Source of the DNA: a virus
Taxonomy: Duplodnaviria > Caudoviricetes
DNA length: 34,982 nt
Direction: 5' to 3' (one strand)
Virus record (IMG/VR): IMGVR_UViG_3300020045_009671
Coordinates: 1-34,982 of that record
Position 1 is the first letter of the stretch. Each line of letters opens with the position of its first letter. A program made the translations under genes and the position numbers. A model generated the notes under the pieces. It worked only from the letters and a program-made list of their open reading frames with translations, did no database searches and was not told where the DNA came from. This document shows, one piece after another, positions 16,501 through 26,707 of the stretch.

Positions 16501-17001
16501 TTAAGGCAGCGCCTGGGCGTCGAGAATGTTCTGCGTGGTGATGTCACCCTGCGCCGTCGCGTTCAGGGCCCCAGGCGTCACTGTGGTGCCGGTGCCAGTG
16601 CAGTAGAGCTTCTCGCCCTTCAGCGCGGGGCGCCGGTACAAGGCTTCCAGCGCGTCGCGTGTAGCTTGTCCGGCACCGCCTAAGGCGCCCGAGAAGATAT
16701 CAGCTAGATAATCCCGCTGGTCAGCGTGCGAAGGCTCAAAGTTCTGCGGCTGCAGCGTATAGAACAGGTTCAGCTGATTGACGTTGGCATCAACTAGTGC
16801 GGCCACTGCCACGTAACTGATCACGTCGCCAATGGCTGTAGTCAACTCGGTAGGCTTATAAACAATGAAGGTACTGTTAACGTTGTACCACTCGGCCATC
16901 TGCCCCGCATTTCCGGCAGTACGATACGCCGCGAACTCTGGATCAGGGTTGATGCTAATGTCGCCCTTCAGAATCTGAAGCTGTGGTGTGGTGAGTTGCA
17001 T
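16501..17001 (-). CDS. Hypothetical late protein
   Basis: 166 aa, tightly packed in the late operon. Confidence 0.7.
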   Translation of the reverse strand: MQLTTPQLQILKGDISINPDPEFAAYRTAGNAGQMAEWYNVNSTFIVYKPTELTTAIGDVISYVAVAALVDANVNQLNLFYTLQPQNFEPSHADQRDYLADIFSGALGGAGQATRDALEALYRRPALKGEKLYCTGTGTTVTPGALNATAQGDITTQNILDAQALP

Positions 17002-17008
17002 AACGACC

Positions 17009-17173
17009 CTACGGTTGGTTCTTCAGTTCGTCTTCGATTTCTTCCTGCAAGTCTTTAAGCAACACCAGCAGTGTTACCTGCCGGATATACTTAGCCTTGT
17101 CCCGATTGAAATCGTCAATAGCCTCTTGGATATTAGGATCCAAAGGCAAACTATTTCCAGGAACTGTTGCCAC
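17009..17173 (-). CDS. 54-aa hypothetical protein (not in ORF track)
   Basis: GTG after GAGGAG; MATVPGNSLPLDPNIQEAIDDFNRDKAKYIRQVTLLVLLKDLQEEIEDELKNQP fills the gap. Confidence 0.7.
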   Translation of the reverse strand: MATVPGNSLPLDPNIQEAIDDFNRDKAKYIRQVTLLVLLKDLQEEIEDELKNQP

Positions 17174-17175
17174 TG

Positions 17176-17502
17176 CTAGCTCCTCAATGGGTCAGTAGGT
17201 GCCAGTGTTACAGTCACGGTGGCTGGCACAGTCACCATTGGCGCGCTGACCTCGAACGGGTCGGACATCACACTGTAGATGGGCACGCCGCCGACAGCCG
17301 TGCGCGACACCACGCTCATGTACGTGCCTGCATCCGCGATGTTGAACGTCGCCTCAGCAGCCTCAGAATCAACCCTCTTAGAATCGATCACTTCGGCTCC
17401 GCCCGTGATCTTGCGCAGCAGTTCCACAAGGTAGCCGGGGGCAGGAACTGTGCCTGCAGGCAGCGAGATTTCCTTGGTCGTGAAGGTGGTTGTCGCAAGC
17501 AT
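17176..17502 (-). CDS. Hypothetical Ig-like virion protein
   Basis: AAGGAG RBS; beta-rich, AGTY motif. Confidence 0.6.
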   Translation of the reverse strand: MLATTTFTTKEISLPAGTVPAPGYLVELLRKITGGAEVIDSKRVDSEAAEATFNIADAGTYMSVVSRTAVGGVPIYSVMSDPFEVSAPMVTVPATVTVTLAPTDPLRS

Positions 17503-17511
17503 ATCCGCTCC

Positions 17512-18108
17512 TTAGGCAGCTGTAAGTTGGTACGTAACGGCAAGGGTGTCGAGGTTGATCACCGCCTTGCTACCACTAGTAAAGTCCCCCGCACTGAACA
17601 GAACGCCAGTAGTGCTGTCCTTAGTGGCCGAACCGCCGTTGTTGATGAAACATCCTGCTACTGTACCCGAACTAGTAATGGCGAAGTTAGTCACCGGGGA
17701 GACCGATACCCCCGCAGATGCAGCACCCATAGTGATGGCGGGACGATTACCTGTGTAGACCGGCGCGTTCGCCAAACCTTGTTCGAGCCATCCAGCATGC
17801 GAAGCTTGAGTGTCGGTAATCGCTGCCGTACCTACTGCCTTTAGACCCATCACAAGAGTCTGTGTGTAGGCTGCGCCCTTTAGGTACTTGTCCAATAGGT
17901 CGTTCTTGCCGACCGTGGTGACCAAGTTACTGAAGGTTTCCGTTTCGCCCACTTCCTCTTGGAACTCACGCATCGCTGCATAGAGCGAAGCGCGTTGCTC
18001 GTCGTCCGTAGCCGTCTGGAGCTTCTCCCACAAGGGCACGAACTTGTCCATACACTCTGGCTTAGGACGGAGATGGGATACGGTATACTCACCGCGAGGT
18101 TGCGACAT
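17512..18108 (-). CDS. Putative virion structural protein
   Basis: NLVTTVGKN..DTLAVTYQLT pattern recalled from phage structural proteins. Confidence 0.65.
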   Translation of the reverse strand: MSQPRGEYTVSHLRPKPECMDKFVPLWEKLQTATDDEQRASLYAAMREFQEEVGETETFSNLVTTVGKNDLLDKYLKGAAYTQTLVMGLKAVGTAAITDTQASHAGWLEQGLANAPVYTGNRPAITMGAASAGVSVSPVTNFAITSSGTVAGCFINNGGSATKDSTTGVLFSAGDFTSGSKAVINLDTLAVTYQLTAA

Positions 18109-18109
18109 G

Positions 18110-18373
18110 TTAGTAACTCCTATTCAGGTTGAGAGCTAAGATATTTCCGTCATCGTCCCGAGTAATGTGTAGGACTTTCACGGCTTGATTTGTACGGATG
18201 TATACTGCTTGGGTTCGGCCATTCCGACGTACAAATTCGATCATTGGTCCACGCCGCGACGGAGCAGCACCTGCTTCCTGTTTCGGTGGGGGGACATCCT
18301 CGGCAATAACTGCTGGAGCTCTACGGTTAGGACTTCGTAGTACGCTCGCAATGGTTTCTGCGTAGTCCATCAT
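18110..18373 (-). CDS. Hypothetical protein
   Basis: AAGGA RBS; coupled to neighbours. Confidence 0.65.
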   Translation of the reverse strand: MMDYAETIASVLRSPNRRAPAVIAEDVPPPKQEAGAAPSRRGPMIEFVRRNGRTQAVYIRTNQAVKVLHITRDDDGNILALNLNRSY

Positions 18374-18537
18374 TTTCCTTTGATCTTGTCGACTGGCTTG
18401 GGCTTCTCGATGTCATTGTCTGAAGCAACCTCGATTTTGCGGTCCACATTAACGCCAGCAGCACCCGAACCGAAGGCTACAGCGCAGCCCCCGATAAGGG
18501 CTACCATTAGTATAAAAGCCGCCCAGAACCAGATCAT
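18370..18537 (-). CDS. 55-aa putative lipoprotein (not in ORF track)
   Basis: MIWFWAAFILMVALIGGC...; TAATG and ATGA overlaps. Confidence 0.7.
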   Translation of the reverse strand: MIWFWAAFILMVALIGGCAVAFGSGAAGVNVDRKIEVASDNDIEKPKPVDKIKGK

Positions 18538-19262
18538 TACGAGTCCTGGTATACAAAAGTGCTATCTGCGATACAAACTAGTCGATAAGTACCTACGCCC
18601 GTAATGGCAATCGGACTGGTAAGAGGTACGCCTGAGTTTTTGCTAAAGACTTGAACGGGCCCTGCAAATGAGATATTAGTAGTCAAAGCAAAACTGTAAA
18701 TACTAAAGTATAGCACGTTACCTACAGTAATAGTACTAGCCGGAAGCGTGATGGTAATCGTACCAGTACCCTGTGGCTGCAATAGTGGCCCAGGACCACA
18801 GTCCTCGTCGCTAAGTACTGCGCCAGCTAGCACTGATTTTAAGTACCAACGCGTACGCCCTGGTGTAATAGCCCAGCTTACTGAAAGGTCCTGCGCTACT
18901 GAAACGCTAGACCCGAAAGCAACTGCATCAACAAATGTAACAGCAGGTAGAATACTTAGCCCAGACGAACTAGCTTGAAATTGAGATACGCCTTGATAAC
19001 TGAATCCTGCTTTAGTAGCATCACGCCACCAACCCGTATTACTCTGGCTATTAAACGCTAGTCCCGGTAGCGCTTCAGTACCGTCTTGAATTTTGAATGT
19101 CGTGGTAGGCCCAAGAAGTCCATCACGCGTAAGTACATTGTTCAGCTGACTAGCAATGTCGTCAAGTGTTGGATTTGCCCAATTGACATCAATGAGCGTA
19201 TCAGAAACTACTGGATTGATACCAGCAGGTAGGGTATAGTTACCAGCAACGTCGCGGGGCAT
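18537..19262 (-). CDS. Short tail fibre/fibre adaptor
   Basis: MPRDVAGNYTLP..WANPTLDDIA..LTRDG virion-anchoring N-terminus; DGTEALPGLAF. Confidence 0.75.
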   Translation of the reverse strand: MPRDVAGNYTLPAGINPVVSDTLIDVNWANPTLDDIASQLNNVLTRDGLLGPTTTFKIQDGTEALPGLAFNSQSNTGWWRDATKAGFSYQGVSQFQASSSGLSILPAVTFVDAVAFGSSVSVAQDLSVSWAITPGRTRWYLKSVLAGAVLSDEDCGPGPLLQPQGTGTITITLPASTITVGNVLYFSIYSFALTTNISFAGPVQVFSKNSGVPLTSPIAITGVGTYRLVCIADSTFVYQDS

Positions 19263-20893
19263 TATTCTTCGCTCCTTGTACCACGGAGGGCACGAAGCCC
19301 TTGCGAGGACACCAATTGGGTAGCAAACTCGAGCTCTTTAGGCGTAAGTTGATTGCCCTTGGGCCTTAGTTTGTTCACTAGCGGCGTAGCGCCTTGCTCT
19401 AGGTACTTCGCAACTGGACGCGTATACATAGCAGACCCAATAGCAAGCGGCGCTAGCATTGGTGTCAAAGCACCAGCTCCTGTATAGGAACCAAGAGCTG
19501 CTGCGCCAGAGACACCTGCAGGCATCATCAGCTTGTGGAGAATCTGATTAGAACCAATGTTAACTTCGGGAGCAGTCTTAGGCATGATGTGCGAAGCTGC
19601 TCGAGTCACAGCATCGGGAATGTAGCCCTTATTTGCTTTGATGACTTGTGCAGGTGTGAAGAACCCTTCAGTAGTCATTTCAGCAGCATCACGCATGTTC
19701 ATCCAACGCCGTTTAGACTTCTGCAGCTCTTGGATAACCTCTTGGTACGCAGGATCGGCCCCTTCGTTAGGGGTCATTAGGCTATACCATTTATCACGCA
19801 AGTCTTTGAAAGCTGTGTTCAAAGACTTGTGGTCTGGTGAAGGACTTCCTTGATACTTCTTTGCGTACCAATCAAGCTTCTTACCAAGACTGTAACCTAC
19901 TTCACCTGGAATATCTCCCTGTGAAACGTGGGGGGTCAACTCCAGCTCAAGTACATCACGGATAGTCTTGGTTACACGGTCATTAACAGTTACATCCTTG
20001 CGCTTAACTTGCGCAAGGAAGTCGTCAATAAGCTCTGCCGCAGGACCGTCTGGGATATGCAAATTCGGTGCAGCTTCTTGGAAGACCTGCTCCATAGCAG
20101 CTTTTGCTTCTTCGATGCCTTTACGGCCGCCTGCTGTAACAGTCTTACCGAACGGTTCGAGAATCTCGTTCAGTTGTTGCTTGTTGTAGTCCTCGATAGC
20201 TTCACCAATCCGGTATTTGGCCGGCGCACCAAGAATAGGAACCCGTGATGCACCGGCTTCCACTGCAGTAAGCGTACGCTTTAGCTTACCTGCACCAGTA
20301 CCTGCAATCATCTGACCCGGTGGGAGCACAATTCCGGCATCAGCCAAAGTTTTAGCATCTTGGGTCATAGCATTGCGGAGGGGGCCGCCAACTGCTTTAG
20401 CTATGACCCGACCGCCCACAGCACCAAGCGCACCGCTCATAGCACCTTGGGTCTTTTCGCCTTCAGGTGCGAATGCAGCACCAAGACCCATATTCGAGGC
20501 GACTTCTCCAAAGAACGGCGCAACCTTGCCGCCCACTTGCATAGCTTTCGAGGCCATCGCACCGGGGAGAATCTGGGTAGCTACGTCAGCTCCGATTTGG
20601 CCGACCGTAGCCGAACCGCCTGCTTCGTCTGCAGCCTGTTTAGCGGCTCCCAATTGTTCATCAGAAGGCACCAAACCTTTGGACATTGCCCACTGTTTTA
20701 GGGGCTTACCAACATAATCGCTACCTAGCCAGGCTGCAGTATCTGCAAGACCACGCGAGGCTTTAAGCGCAGCGTACTTCGCCCCACGCTTCAACCCCTC
20801 AAAAGTACCTACCTCAGGTACCTCTGCAGACTCGTCAGGAAGTTCTACAAACGTAGTAGCCATTTTACTGCGCTTGGTAGCGCTTCTTGCCAA
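19262..20893 (-). CDS. Internal virion/DNA ejection protein
   Basis: Ala/Gly-rich hydrophobic helices; position after the nozzle; likely start 20863. Confidence 0.65.
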   Translation of the reverse strand: MARSATKRSKMATTFVELPDESAEVPEVGTFEGLKRGAKYAALKASRGLADTAAWLGSDYVGKPLKQWAMSKGLVPSDEQLGAAKQAADEAGGSATVGQIGADVATQILPGAMASKAMQVGGKVAPFFGEVASNMGLGAAFAPEGEKTQGAMSGALGAVGGRVIAKAVGGPLRNAMTQDAKTLADAGIVLPPGQMIAGTGAGKLKRTLTAVEAGASRVPILGAPAKYRIGEAIEDYNKQQLNEILEPFGKTVTAGGRKGIEEAKAAMEQVFQEAAPNLHIPDGPAAELIDDFLAQVKRKDVTVNDRVTKTIRDVLELELTPHVSQGDIPGEVGYSLGKKLDWYAKKYQGSPSPDHKSLNTAFKDLRDKWYSLMTPNEGADPAYQEVIQELQKSKRRWMNMRDAAEMTTEGFFTPAQVIKANKGYIPDAVTRAASHIMPKTAPEVNIGSNQILHKLMMPAGVSGAAALGSYTGAGALTPMLAPLAIGSAMYTRPVAKYLEQGATPLVNKLRPKGNQLTPKELEFATQLVSSQGLRALRGTRSEE

Positions 20894-22256
20894 TGGTAAA
20901 GACAGTACCTGAAGGCATCTGCTTGATGTCGTTCAGAACAGCAGCTTGTTGTTGTGGACTCCACCTAGCCCAAGCTTCGTTGTTCGACAAATCAGGCATA
21001 TCCGCATCAGAACTCGTAACAGTACCCGAAGCACTACGACTAAGCCCTTGTGCCTTAGACGAAACTGGTTCGAGCTTACCACCACGTGCTTGATAAATAT
21101 CGACTGCTTCTGGACGATGACCAGCCTTGATATTCACCAGGTCATTAGCAATGGCGTTCTTCAAACCGCCCCAAGCTTCGAGGAACTCTTTCTGAGTATA
21201 AGCACCGCTACCAAGGTTCGTAGCAATAACTCGAGCTTGTTCTGAAATAGTCTGAGACAAGCCAGCTTGTTGACGCATGATGTCAGCAAGTACCCGCTGC
21301 ACTTTTGCAGAATTCGGGTTAGTGGCGGGGTCCATCAACCCAACTTGTTGTCCTACAGAGCGCGCCCATCCAGGGAGCGCCGTGTCGCGCCCAACACCGG
21401 GGATATTCTTGACTTTGCCAGACTTTGGGTCTGTGTACTCATCAATCATATTCTGCACTTCTTGCGCAGCACTAATCGTCGAGTTAATTGGACCCATACG
21501 GGTGCTAAGTTTGGTAACATCGGCCATAACAGCACGTTGTTCCACTGGATCAGCCTTGTCAAGCTTGCTTTCAGCTTTCATCTGGCCCAGAGTACGCAAA
21601 GTCTCGTCGTGCATACGACGAGTTTCGTTGTCCCGGATGTTGTTCTCACGTTGTACTTCGAGTCTAGCCTTCAGTTCCCGCTCTTGCTGCTCCAATTGTG
21701 AAATACGTAGTTCACGAGTTTGTTGTAGACGCTCCTTCTGTAGCGCTACAGCTTCCTTCTGCTTGTCCTCACGCTCGAGCTCTGCAGACATTCCCGCATT
21801 GTAAAGCGCAGCAGACTTCTCATTACCAGGTATCTCCATGCCAGCCATAGTGGCTTTAAGGATAGACCCACGATCAGGTATTGAGGGTGGAACTGCTGCA
21901 AGATCAGGCGAACCACCCATTTCTTGGGGGCCTTGCTGCTCTGGGCGACCAGCGAGTGCTTGTGGTAGCGCGGATTGCCATTGCTGACGTGCTTGGTTTA
22001 CAGCAGTTCCGTATTCTTGTTCTTGCTGGTTTGCAAGGCCTTCTTGTTGACGCGCATAACCGCGCTGCAGAATGGGGGAGACAACGTTATTGAGGTTCTG
22101 AGCCCATGACGGGGCGACGTAATGCCCTGAAACCATACGTCCCGGGTCTTGTGTGTAGGGCGACGTCTGCTCGGCTTGTGCACGAAGCAGGTCCGCCAAC
22201 CTACGTTGACGTAGCAGCTTTTGCTGCTGTGTTACGAAGTCCATTAGGAACCCCAC
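20865..22256 (-). CDS. Internal virion/DNA ejection protein
   Basis: Gln-rich coiled coil, GRMVSGHYVAPSW; likely start 22244. Confidence 0.65.
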   Translation of the reverse strand: MGFLMDFVTQQQKLLRQRRLADLLRAQAEQTSPYTQDPGRMVSGHYVAPSWAQNLNNVVSPILQRGYARQQEGLANQQEQEYGTAVNQARQQWQSALPQALAGRPEQQGPQEMGGSPDLAAVPPSIPDRGSILKATMAGMEIPGNEKSAALYNAGMSAELEREDKQKEAVALQKERLQQTRELRISQLEQQERELKARLEVQRENNIRDNETRRMHDETLRTLGQMKAESKLDKADPVEQRAVMADVTKLSTRMGPINSTISAAQEVQNMIDEYTDPKSGKVKNIPGVGRDTALPGWARSVGQQVGLMDPATNPNSAKVQRVLADIMRQQAGLSQTISEQARVIATNLGSGAYTQKEFLEAWGGLKNAIANDLVNIKAGHRPEAVDIYQARGGKLEPVSSKAQGLSRSASGTVTSSDADMPDLSNNEAWARWSPQQQAAVLNDIKQMPSGTVFTIGKKRYQAQ

Positions 22257-23827
22257 CCGCCTTTAGCAATCGCACCAGAAAGCCCAAACAAACCCTGTGT
22301 GAGGTTGTTGTTTGCAGCGTTCTTAGCATTAGCACCCGCTAGATTCGCCGTGTATTGGTCTTGACCGGCATTATAGACTGGCGCACCACCAACGTTCTGT
22401 GTCTGTGTAAAGCTACCAAACTGCCCTTGAGGCTGCGCAATACCCATGAGTCCTTGGTACTGCTGCATAGGCGCATTATAGTCAGTTTGATACTCACCAA
22501 ATGCCTGCTGCCGACCTTGCAGCGAGCGGTTAAACTGGTTGCTATACTCAGATGTACCTGCGATCAGTGCCTTATTCTGCGCATCGGTATCTGCTTGATT
22601 CTGACGCAGCATTGCGCGTTGGAATGCAGGGCTATCTTCAGTCAAACCTTGGTTCTTCAAACGCTGAATCTCACCGTTCAGCGCCATCTCCCGTTGAGGT
22701 TTCAGCAAGTTCATCCAGGCATCCTGGATTTCCTTGCTATTACCTACGGGGTCCATCATCGAACCCCCTTGGAAGTTGAAGTCACCACGGTTTGCTACAC
22801 CACGCAGTGCATCAAGCTGCGCACCTTGACTCGTATTCAGCAGCTGCTGATTTGCATCACTAAGCTTTTGGGTCTGTGTCCACTTACCAGTAACAGGGTC
22901 CTGAGTCCATGTAAGCGTATTACCAGCTGCATCGACTTGGTCAGGACGATTCGCAGCAAGAGCTTTATCCGCGGCTTCTTGATTCAGTTGAGCTTGCAAT
23001 TTTGCAAGCGCCGTATAGTCTGGCGGGGCTGCTGTCTCGGGCGAGCGCAGCGAATTAGCCAGACCGGCGCCACCAGCAAGCAGCGAACCCCAGTCCTTAA
23101 CATCACCAAGACCACTAAGAATACTGCTGAAATCCATACCGCCACTCCCAGTGCTCGGAGCACCTCCAAGACCTGCTAAAGCGCTACCTGCACTTGCAGC
23201 ATCTGCGCCGCCTGCACCCATGGCACTTAGCGTGTCACCACCAAGACCGGCTCCAGAGCCCCATGCAGCTGACGTAGCAGCATCACCAAGAAGACCTGCA
23301 CCGGTAGTGCCTGCTGCAGCCGCGCTTCCTTGCCCAAGACCCATGGCACTAAGCGTGTCGCCGCCAAGACCTGCACCTGAACTCCATGCTGCTGATGTAG
23401 CAGCATCGCCAAGAAGACCGCTTCCAGCAGCTTCTGTACCAGCTGCAGCAGTTCCGGCACCAGCTCCACCCATTGCTGCAAGACCCGCGCCACCAGCAAC
23501 AGCACCGATAATGCCAAGACTAAGCGCCTTACCTATCTTAAAAGAGCTATCAAAGCTAGACGTACGCTCAAGAAACGCATTAGCTGCATCTTGTTGCTGT
23601 TGTGGGGGGAGTTGCTGGAACCATTGCCCCTCGAGCTCGTCCCATTTCTTCTGCCATTCAGCATCTGCAACTTGGTACGCTTGCCACTCATCAGGACCTG
23701 ACTCGTAGGTCAGATTGGACGTCTGAGACGGCTTAGGCCCCAGTTGTTGACCGATGTAGTCGTTACGTAGCTTGATCCAATAATCACCGACCATATAGCA
23801 CCTAGTATTAGAGAATGCCCCAGCCAC
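22244..23827 (-). CDS. Internal virion/DNA ejection (pilot-like) protein
   Basis: Gly/Ala-rich hydrophobic repeats, APPDY..A motif, Gln/Asn-rich. Confidence 0.65.
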   Translation of the reverse strand: MAGAFSNTRCYMVGDYWIKLRNDYIGQQLGPKPSQTSNLTYESGPDEWQAYQVADAEWQKKWDELEGQWFQQLPPQQQQDAANAFLERTSSFDSSFKIGKALSLGIIGAVAGGAGLAAMGGAGAGTAAAGTEAAGSGLLGDAATSAAWSSGAGLGGDTLSAMGLGQGSAAAAGTTGAGLLGDAATSAAWGSGAGLGGDTLSAMGAGGADAASAGSALAGLGGAPSTGSGGMDFSSILSGLGDVKDWGSLLAGGAGLANSLRSPETAAPPDYTALAKLQAQLNQEAADKALAANRPDQVDAAGNTLTWTQDPVTGKWTQTQKLSDANQQLLNTSQGAQLDALRGVANRGDFNFQGGSMMDPVGNSKEIQDAWMNLLKPQREMALNGEIQRLKNQGLTEDSPAFQRAMLRQNQADTDAQNKALIAGTSEYSNQFNRSLQGRQQAFGEYQTDYNAPMQQYQGLMGIAQPQGQFGSFTQTQNVGGAPVYNAGQDQYTANLAGANAKNAANNNLTQGLFGLSGAIAKGGWGS

Positions 23828-25400
23828 TCACGTAGCTGTAGTCAGTTGTGACCCAAAGAACTTCGCCAGTGCTTCTAAGTACCATTTGCAACGAAGCAGC
23901 GTTCCCCATGCCTGATGCTTGAACCCATGCGCGTTGCACATCGGTACCGCCGCCCCACGTAGCTTGATTCCAAAGACCTACGTCCCACAATGAACCTACG
24001 GTGTTTGAAACTGCATCAGGAATTACGATAGGGACATCAACAAAGTCATAGATAATAGCACTTTTGAACTTCACAGGCACTGAAACAATTAGGTTCGGCC
24101 GGTACATACCGACTTGCTTCTGCATTGCTGGGGAACCAAGATACGAATACGCTTGTTGTGCAATACCTAGAATACCTGAACCACCAGTACCATCAAGCGC
24201 TACGCCATCAGATTCACCAGACCATGCGAGCCACACATTACCGTCGTAATCACCAAACATCGGGTTGCGTGGGCGTGACAGCCAGCAAGCGGCGTCCATA
24301 CCAGTGAATTGAGTCCAAGCATTAATGAGTTGGTTGGATGCGAGTTGTAGATTACCTGTAATCACAGGAGTGGGCACGTTGATCATCAGCATGTTCAGCC
24401 CTGGGAAATACATAAGCTGCCAGCCGAATTCGCTACCGTACTGCGATGTTACCTCTGAAATCAAGTACTGGATTTTGTCAGTCTTCAGTTTAGACGCGTT
24501 ATTTTCCACCTTTGTAGAAACAAGCGTCTCGGACATGGACGCAGCACCTTGCTGTGTCAAGACAATTAGATCGCCACCAACTTTGGTATACGAACGGCGT
24601 CCTGCAACAGGTTGGCCCATATAGTAGACACCAACGAGTGCCCACTTAGTATCATCTTCGGGATCAGTACCCGCGTAAACAGCAGCCTGTCCTTCAGACG
24701 ACATAGCTACAAGATGGTCTTCGGCACCATTACCGTCGTCCATTGTCCACGTAGCAAGATAGAGCAGGAACCCGCCACGAGAAAAGAGGGGGCCAAAATC
24801 TACCTTTTGGAACGTGCCATGGATAGCGTCAGGCGGCAGGAACCAGCCATTGGCTGTGTTCTTCTCAACAGCCCAAAGGCGTGACTGGTGAACAGTTACT
24901 TGAACAGCCTTTACAGGATCCAGCCCAGCCCATGTGTTGGCAACAATACCGTCTCCAGAGACAATCCGTGCTGGTACACCATTAGAAACAATGATACCGT
25001 TATCAGCACCGTTAACTGCAATAAGATGGGCACCAGCAGCGTTTACAAGCTGAACATGCTGCCACGGTACGTTTGAAGCAAGCCCTGTGAAAACCGGCGC
25101 ACCGACAGGACCTTCGAGTGTGACATTGAAAAAGTCAGTATCAGCCCATGCGTAGAAGAGTTGCGTACCAGTTACACCGGCATAACTTGCAAGCGAATGT
25201 ACAAGACCCCCGAGACCTTCAGCCCATTTGCGGTAACCTCTGCGCATGCTACAGCCGTAAGGCTGGGGCCACCAATTACGGAGCACTACGGCATCAGTTT
25301 GTGCCATAGCAACAATAGAATCACGCGCATTCAAGCCGCCTACCGGCGACGGAATGCTCGTAACTTTATTAATGCTCTCAGTAATGGGTGTTGCAAACAT
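23808..25400 (-). CDS. Tail nozzle/packaged-DNA stabilisation protein (tubular B-like)
   Basis: PSPVGGLNARD N-terminus, beta-rich, follows the adaptor with a TAATG overlap. Confidence 0.75.
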   Translation of the reverse strand: MFATPITESINKVTSIPSPVGGLNARDSIVAMAQTDAVVLRNWWPQPYGCSMRRGYRKWAEGLGGLVHSLASYAGVTGTQLFYAWADTDFFNVTLEGPVGAPVFTGLASNVPWQHVQLVNAAGAHLIAVNGADNGIIVSNGVPARIVSGDGIVANTWAGLDPVKAVQVTVHQSRLWAVEKNTANGWFLPPDAIHGTFQKVDFGPLFSRGGFLLYLATWTMDDGNGAEDHLVAMSSEGQAAVYAGTDPEDDTKWALVGVYYMGQPVAGRRSYTKVGGDLIVLTQQGAASMSETLVSTKVENNASKLKTDKIQYLISEVTSQYGSEFGWQLMYFPGLNMLMINVPTPVITGNLQLASNQLINAWTQFTGMDAACWLSRPRNPMFGDYDGNVWLAWSGESDGVALDGTGGSGILGIAQQAYSYLGSPAMQKQVGMYRPNLIVSVPVKFKSAIIYDFVDVPIVIPDAVSNTVGSLWDVGLWNQATWGGGTDVQRAWVQASGMGNAASLQMVLRSTGEVLWVTTDYSYVSGWGIL

Positions 25401-26119
25401 TACCCGTACACGTTCCACGAACCATCCGGCACGCTCCAAGGCCCAATAAACTGGGACTGGACTTGCGGGGACAGTGAAAGAATCTTAGCACCTGTGTCTT
25501 TACCAGTCAGGTTGTTAAAGACCCGCATGAAGTCAGCATTGACCCCAGTAGTATTAAAGCCTTTAAGCTCGTAGAACTTAAACTTCACAAACTTAACTAA
25601 TAGCCATGGTTCGTACCGCAGGATATCACTATCTTGCGTAATCATATCAGTATTAGTACTACCACTGATTACCCAGTCTTTAACCACGTACTCCATAGCC
25701 AACGTGAAACTAGGTGTTGCAGGCGTAGGCCACAGCTTAAGTTTGTTATTTTGAATTCGGTATCTTTGGCGGGGGAGAGCAGCTACAAGAGAGCCCTTAA
25801 GCCATGCCCATTCTTGAGGTGACTTCGGACCAAGCAGTGGCCAGTGATTGGTGCGGTCCCACTGAGTAGCATCAGTAAAATAGTTATAGTCCGCTGGCAG
25901 ATCGTAGTCACCTTGACCATTAACTGTAGCAAAGACCCACTCTGCAGTGAGCTGTTCCCACGGGTAATAGAGCATCAGCTCGTTACCCGCAGAGTTCAAC
26001 AACGACAAAAGCTGGACCGACTGAACATCCGACAAGCCCGTAATGGTGGGTATGCTGGGCAGACCCAGCTCACCAGTTACTTGCTTCAGAACATCAATAG
26101 CGGTCCAGTATTGCGCCAT
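25400..26119 (-). CDS. Head-tail adaptor (tubular A-like)
   Basis: LLNSAGNEL..W, YDLPADY, LKLWPTP; position after the capsid genes. Confidence 0.75.
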   Translation of the reverse strand: MAQYWTAIDVLKQVTGELGLPSIPTITGLSDVQSVQLLSLLNSAGNELMLYYPWEQLTAEWVFATVNGQGDYDLPADYNYFTDATQWDRTNHWPLLGPKSPQEWAWLKGSLVAALPRQRYRIQNNKLKLWPTPATPSFTLAMEYVVKDWVISGSTNTDMITQDSDILRYEPWLLVKFVKFKFYELKGFNTTGVNADFMRVFNNLTGKDTGAKILSLSPQVQSQFIGPWSVPDGSWNVYG

Positions 26120-26120
26120 A

Positions 26121-26696
26121 TTAAGCCTTTACAGCAGCCTTCTTCTCGTTAGCTGCAAGCACTGCGGCCATCTGAGCTTGGAGTTCTTTGATCTGTTCGT
26201 CACGCTTTTCCAGTTCAGACTGGAGCTTAAGCATGGGGGCCGCACTAGTCGCGGCATCGAGATACGCCAGAGCTTTCTGCTTAATGGCATGATGACCCAT
26301 GAATTTCTGGGACATTGAGTCAGGCATACCAACGAGCTGCTCAACAGTTTGGCAGCCAACAGCATTGAACTCTGCAATCTGGCTAACCGATAGCCACGGC
26401 AGCATGTTCAGTGGGGTGCCACTAACAGCCTGAGCTTGTCCGGCTTTGTACCGATCCCATTGTGCTTTGAAGCGTTGCTGATATTGCTCAGTAGCATCGC
26501 CAATGAAACTATCTCGCGAACCCGGTGTGATGATCTTGACCAAGTCAATCTCATCAAAGATCGGTCGTCCTGCTGCAATGGACTTAGCTTCGTTTTTAAC
26601 CGTATCTTTGAAGAAGGCAACCAAAAGCTTCCTGTCAGCTTCAGCTTGCTGATTGTCATCAAAGTTCATTGCAAAGTCAAGGACGTCGGTGGACAT
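26121..26696 (-). CDS. Conserved phage late protein
   Basis: GRPIFDEIDLVKIITPG, GTPL..LPW, coiled-coil C-terminus. Confidence 0.7.
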   Translation of the reverse strand: MSTDVLDFAMNFDDNQQAEADRKLLVAFFKDTVKNEAKSIAAGRPIFDEIDLVKIITPGSRDSFIGDATEQYQQRFKAQWDRYKAGQAQAVSGTPLNMLPWLSVSQIAEFNAVGCQTVEQLVGMPDSMSQKFMGHHAIKQKALAYLDAATSAAPMLKLQSELEKRDEQIKELQAQMAAVLAANEKKAAVKA

Positions 26697-26707
26697 TTCT
26701 GTTCCTA

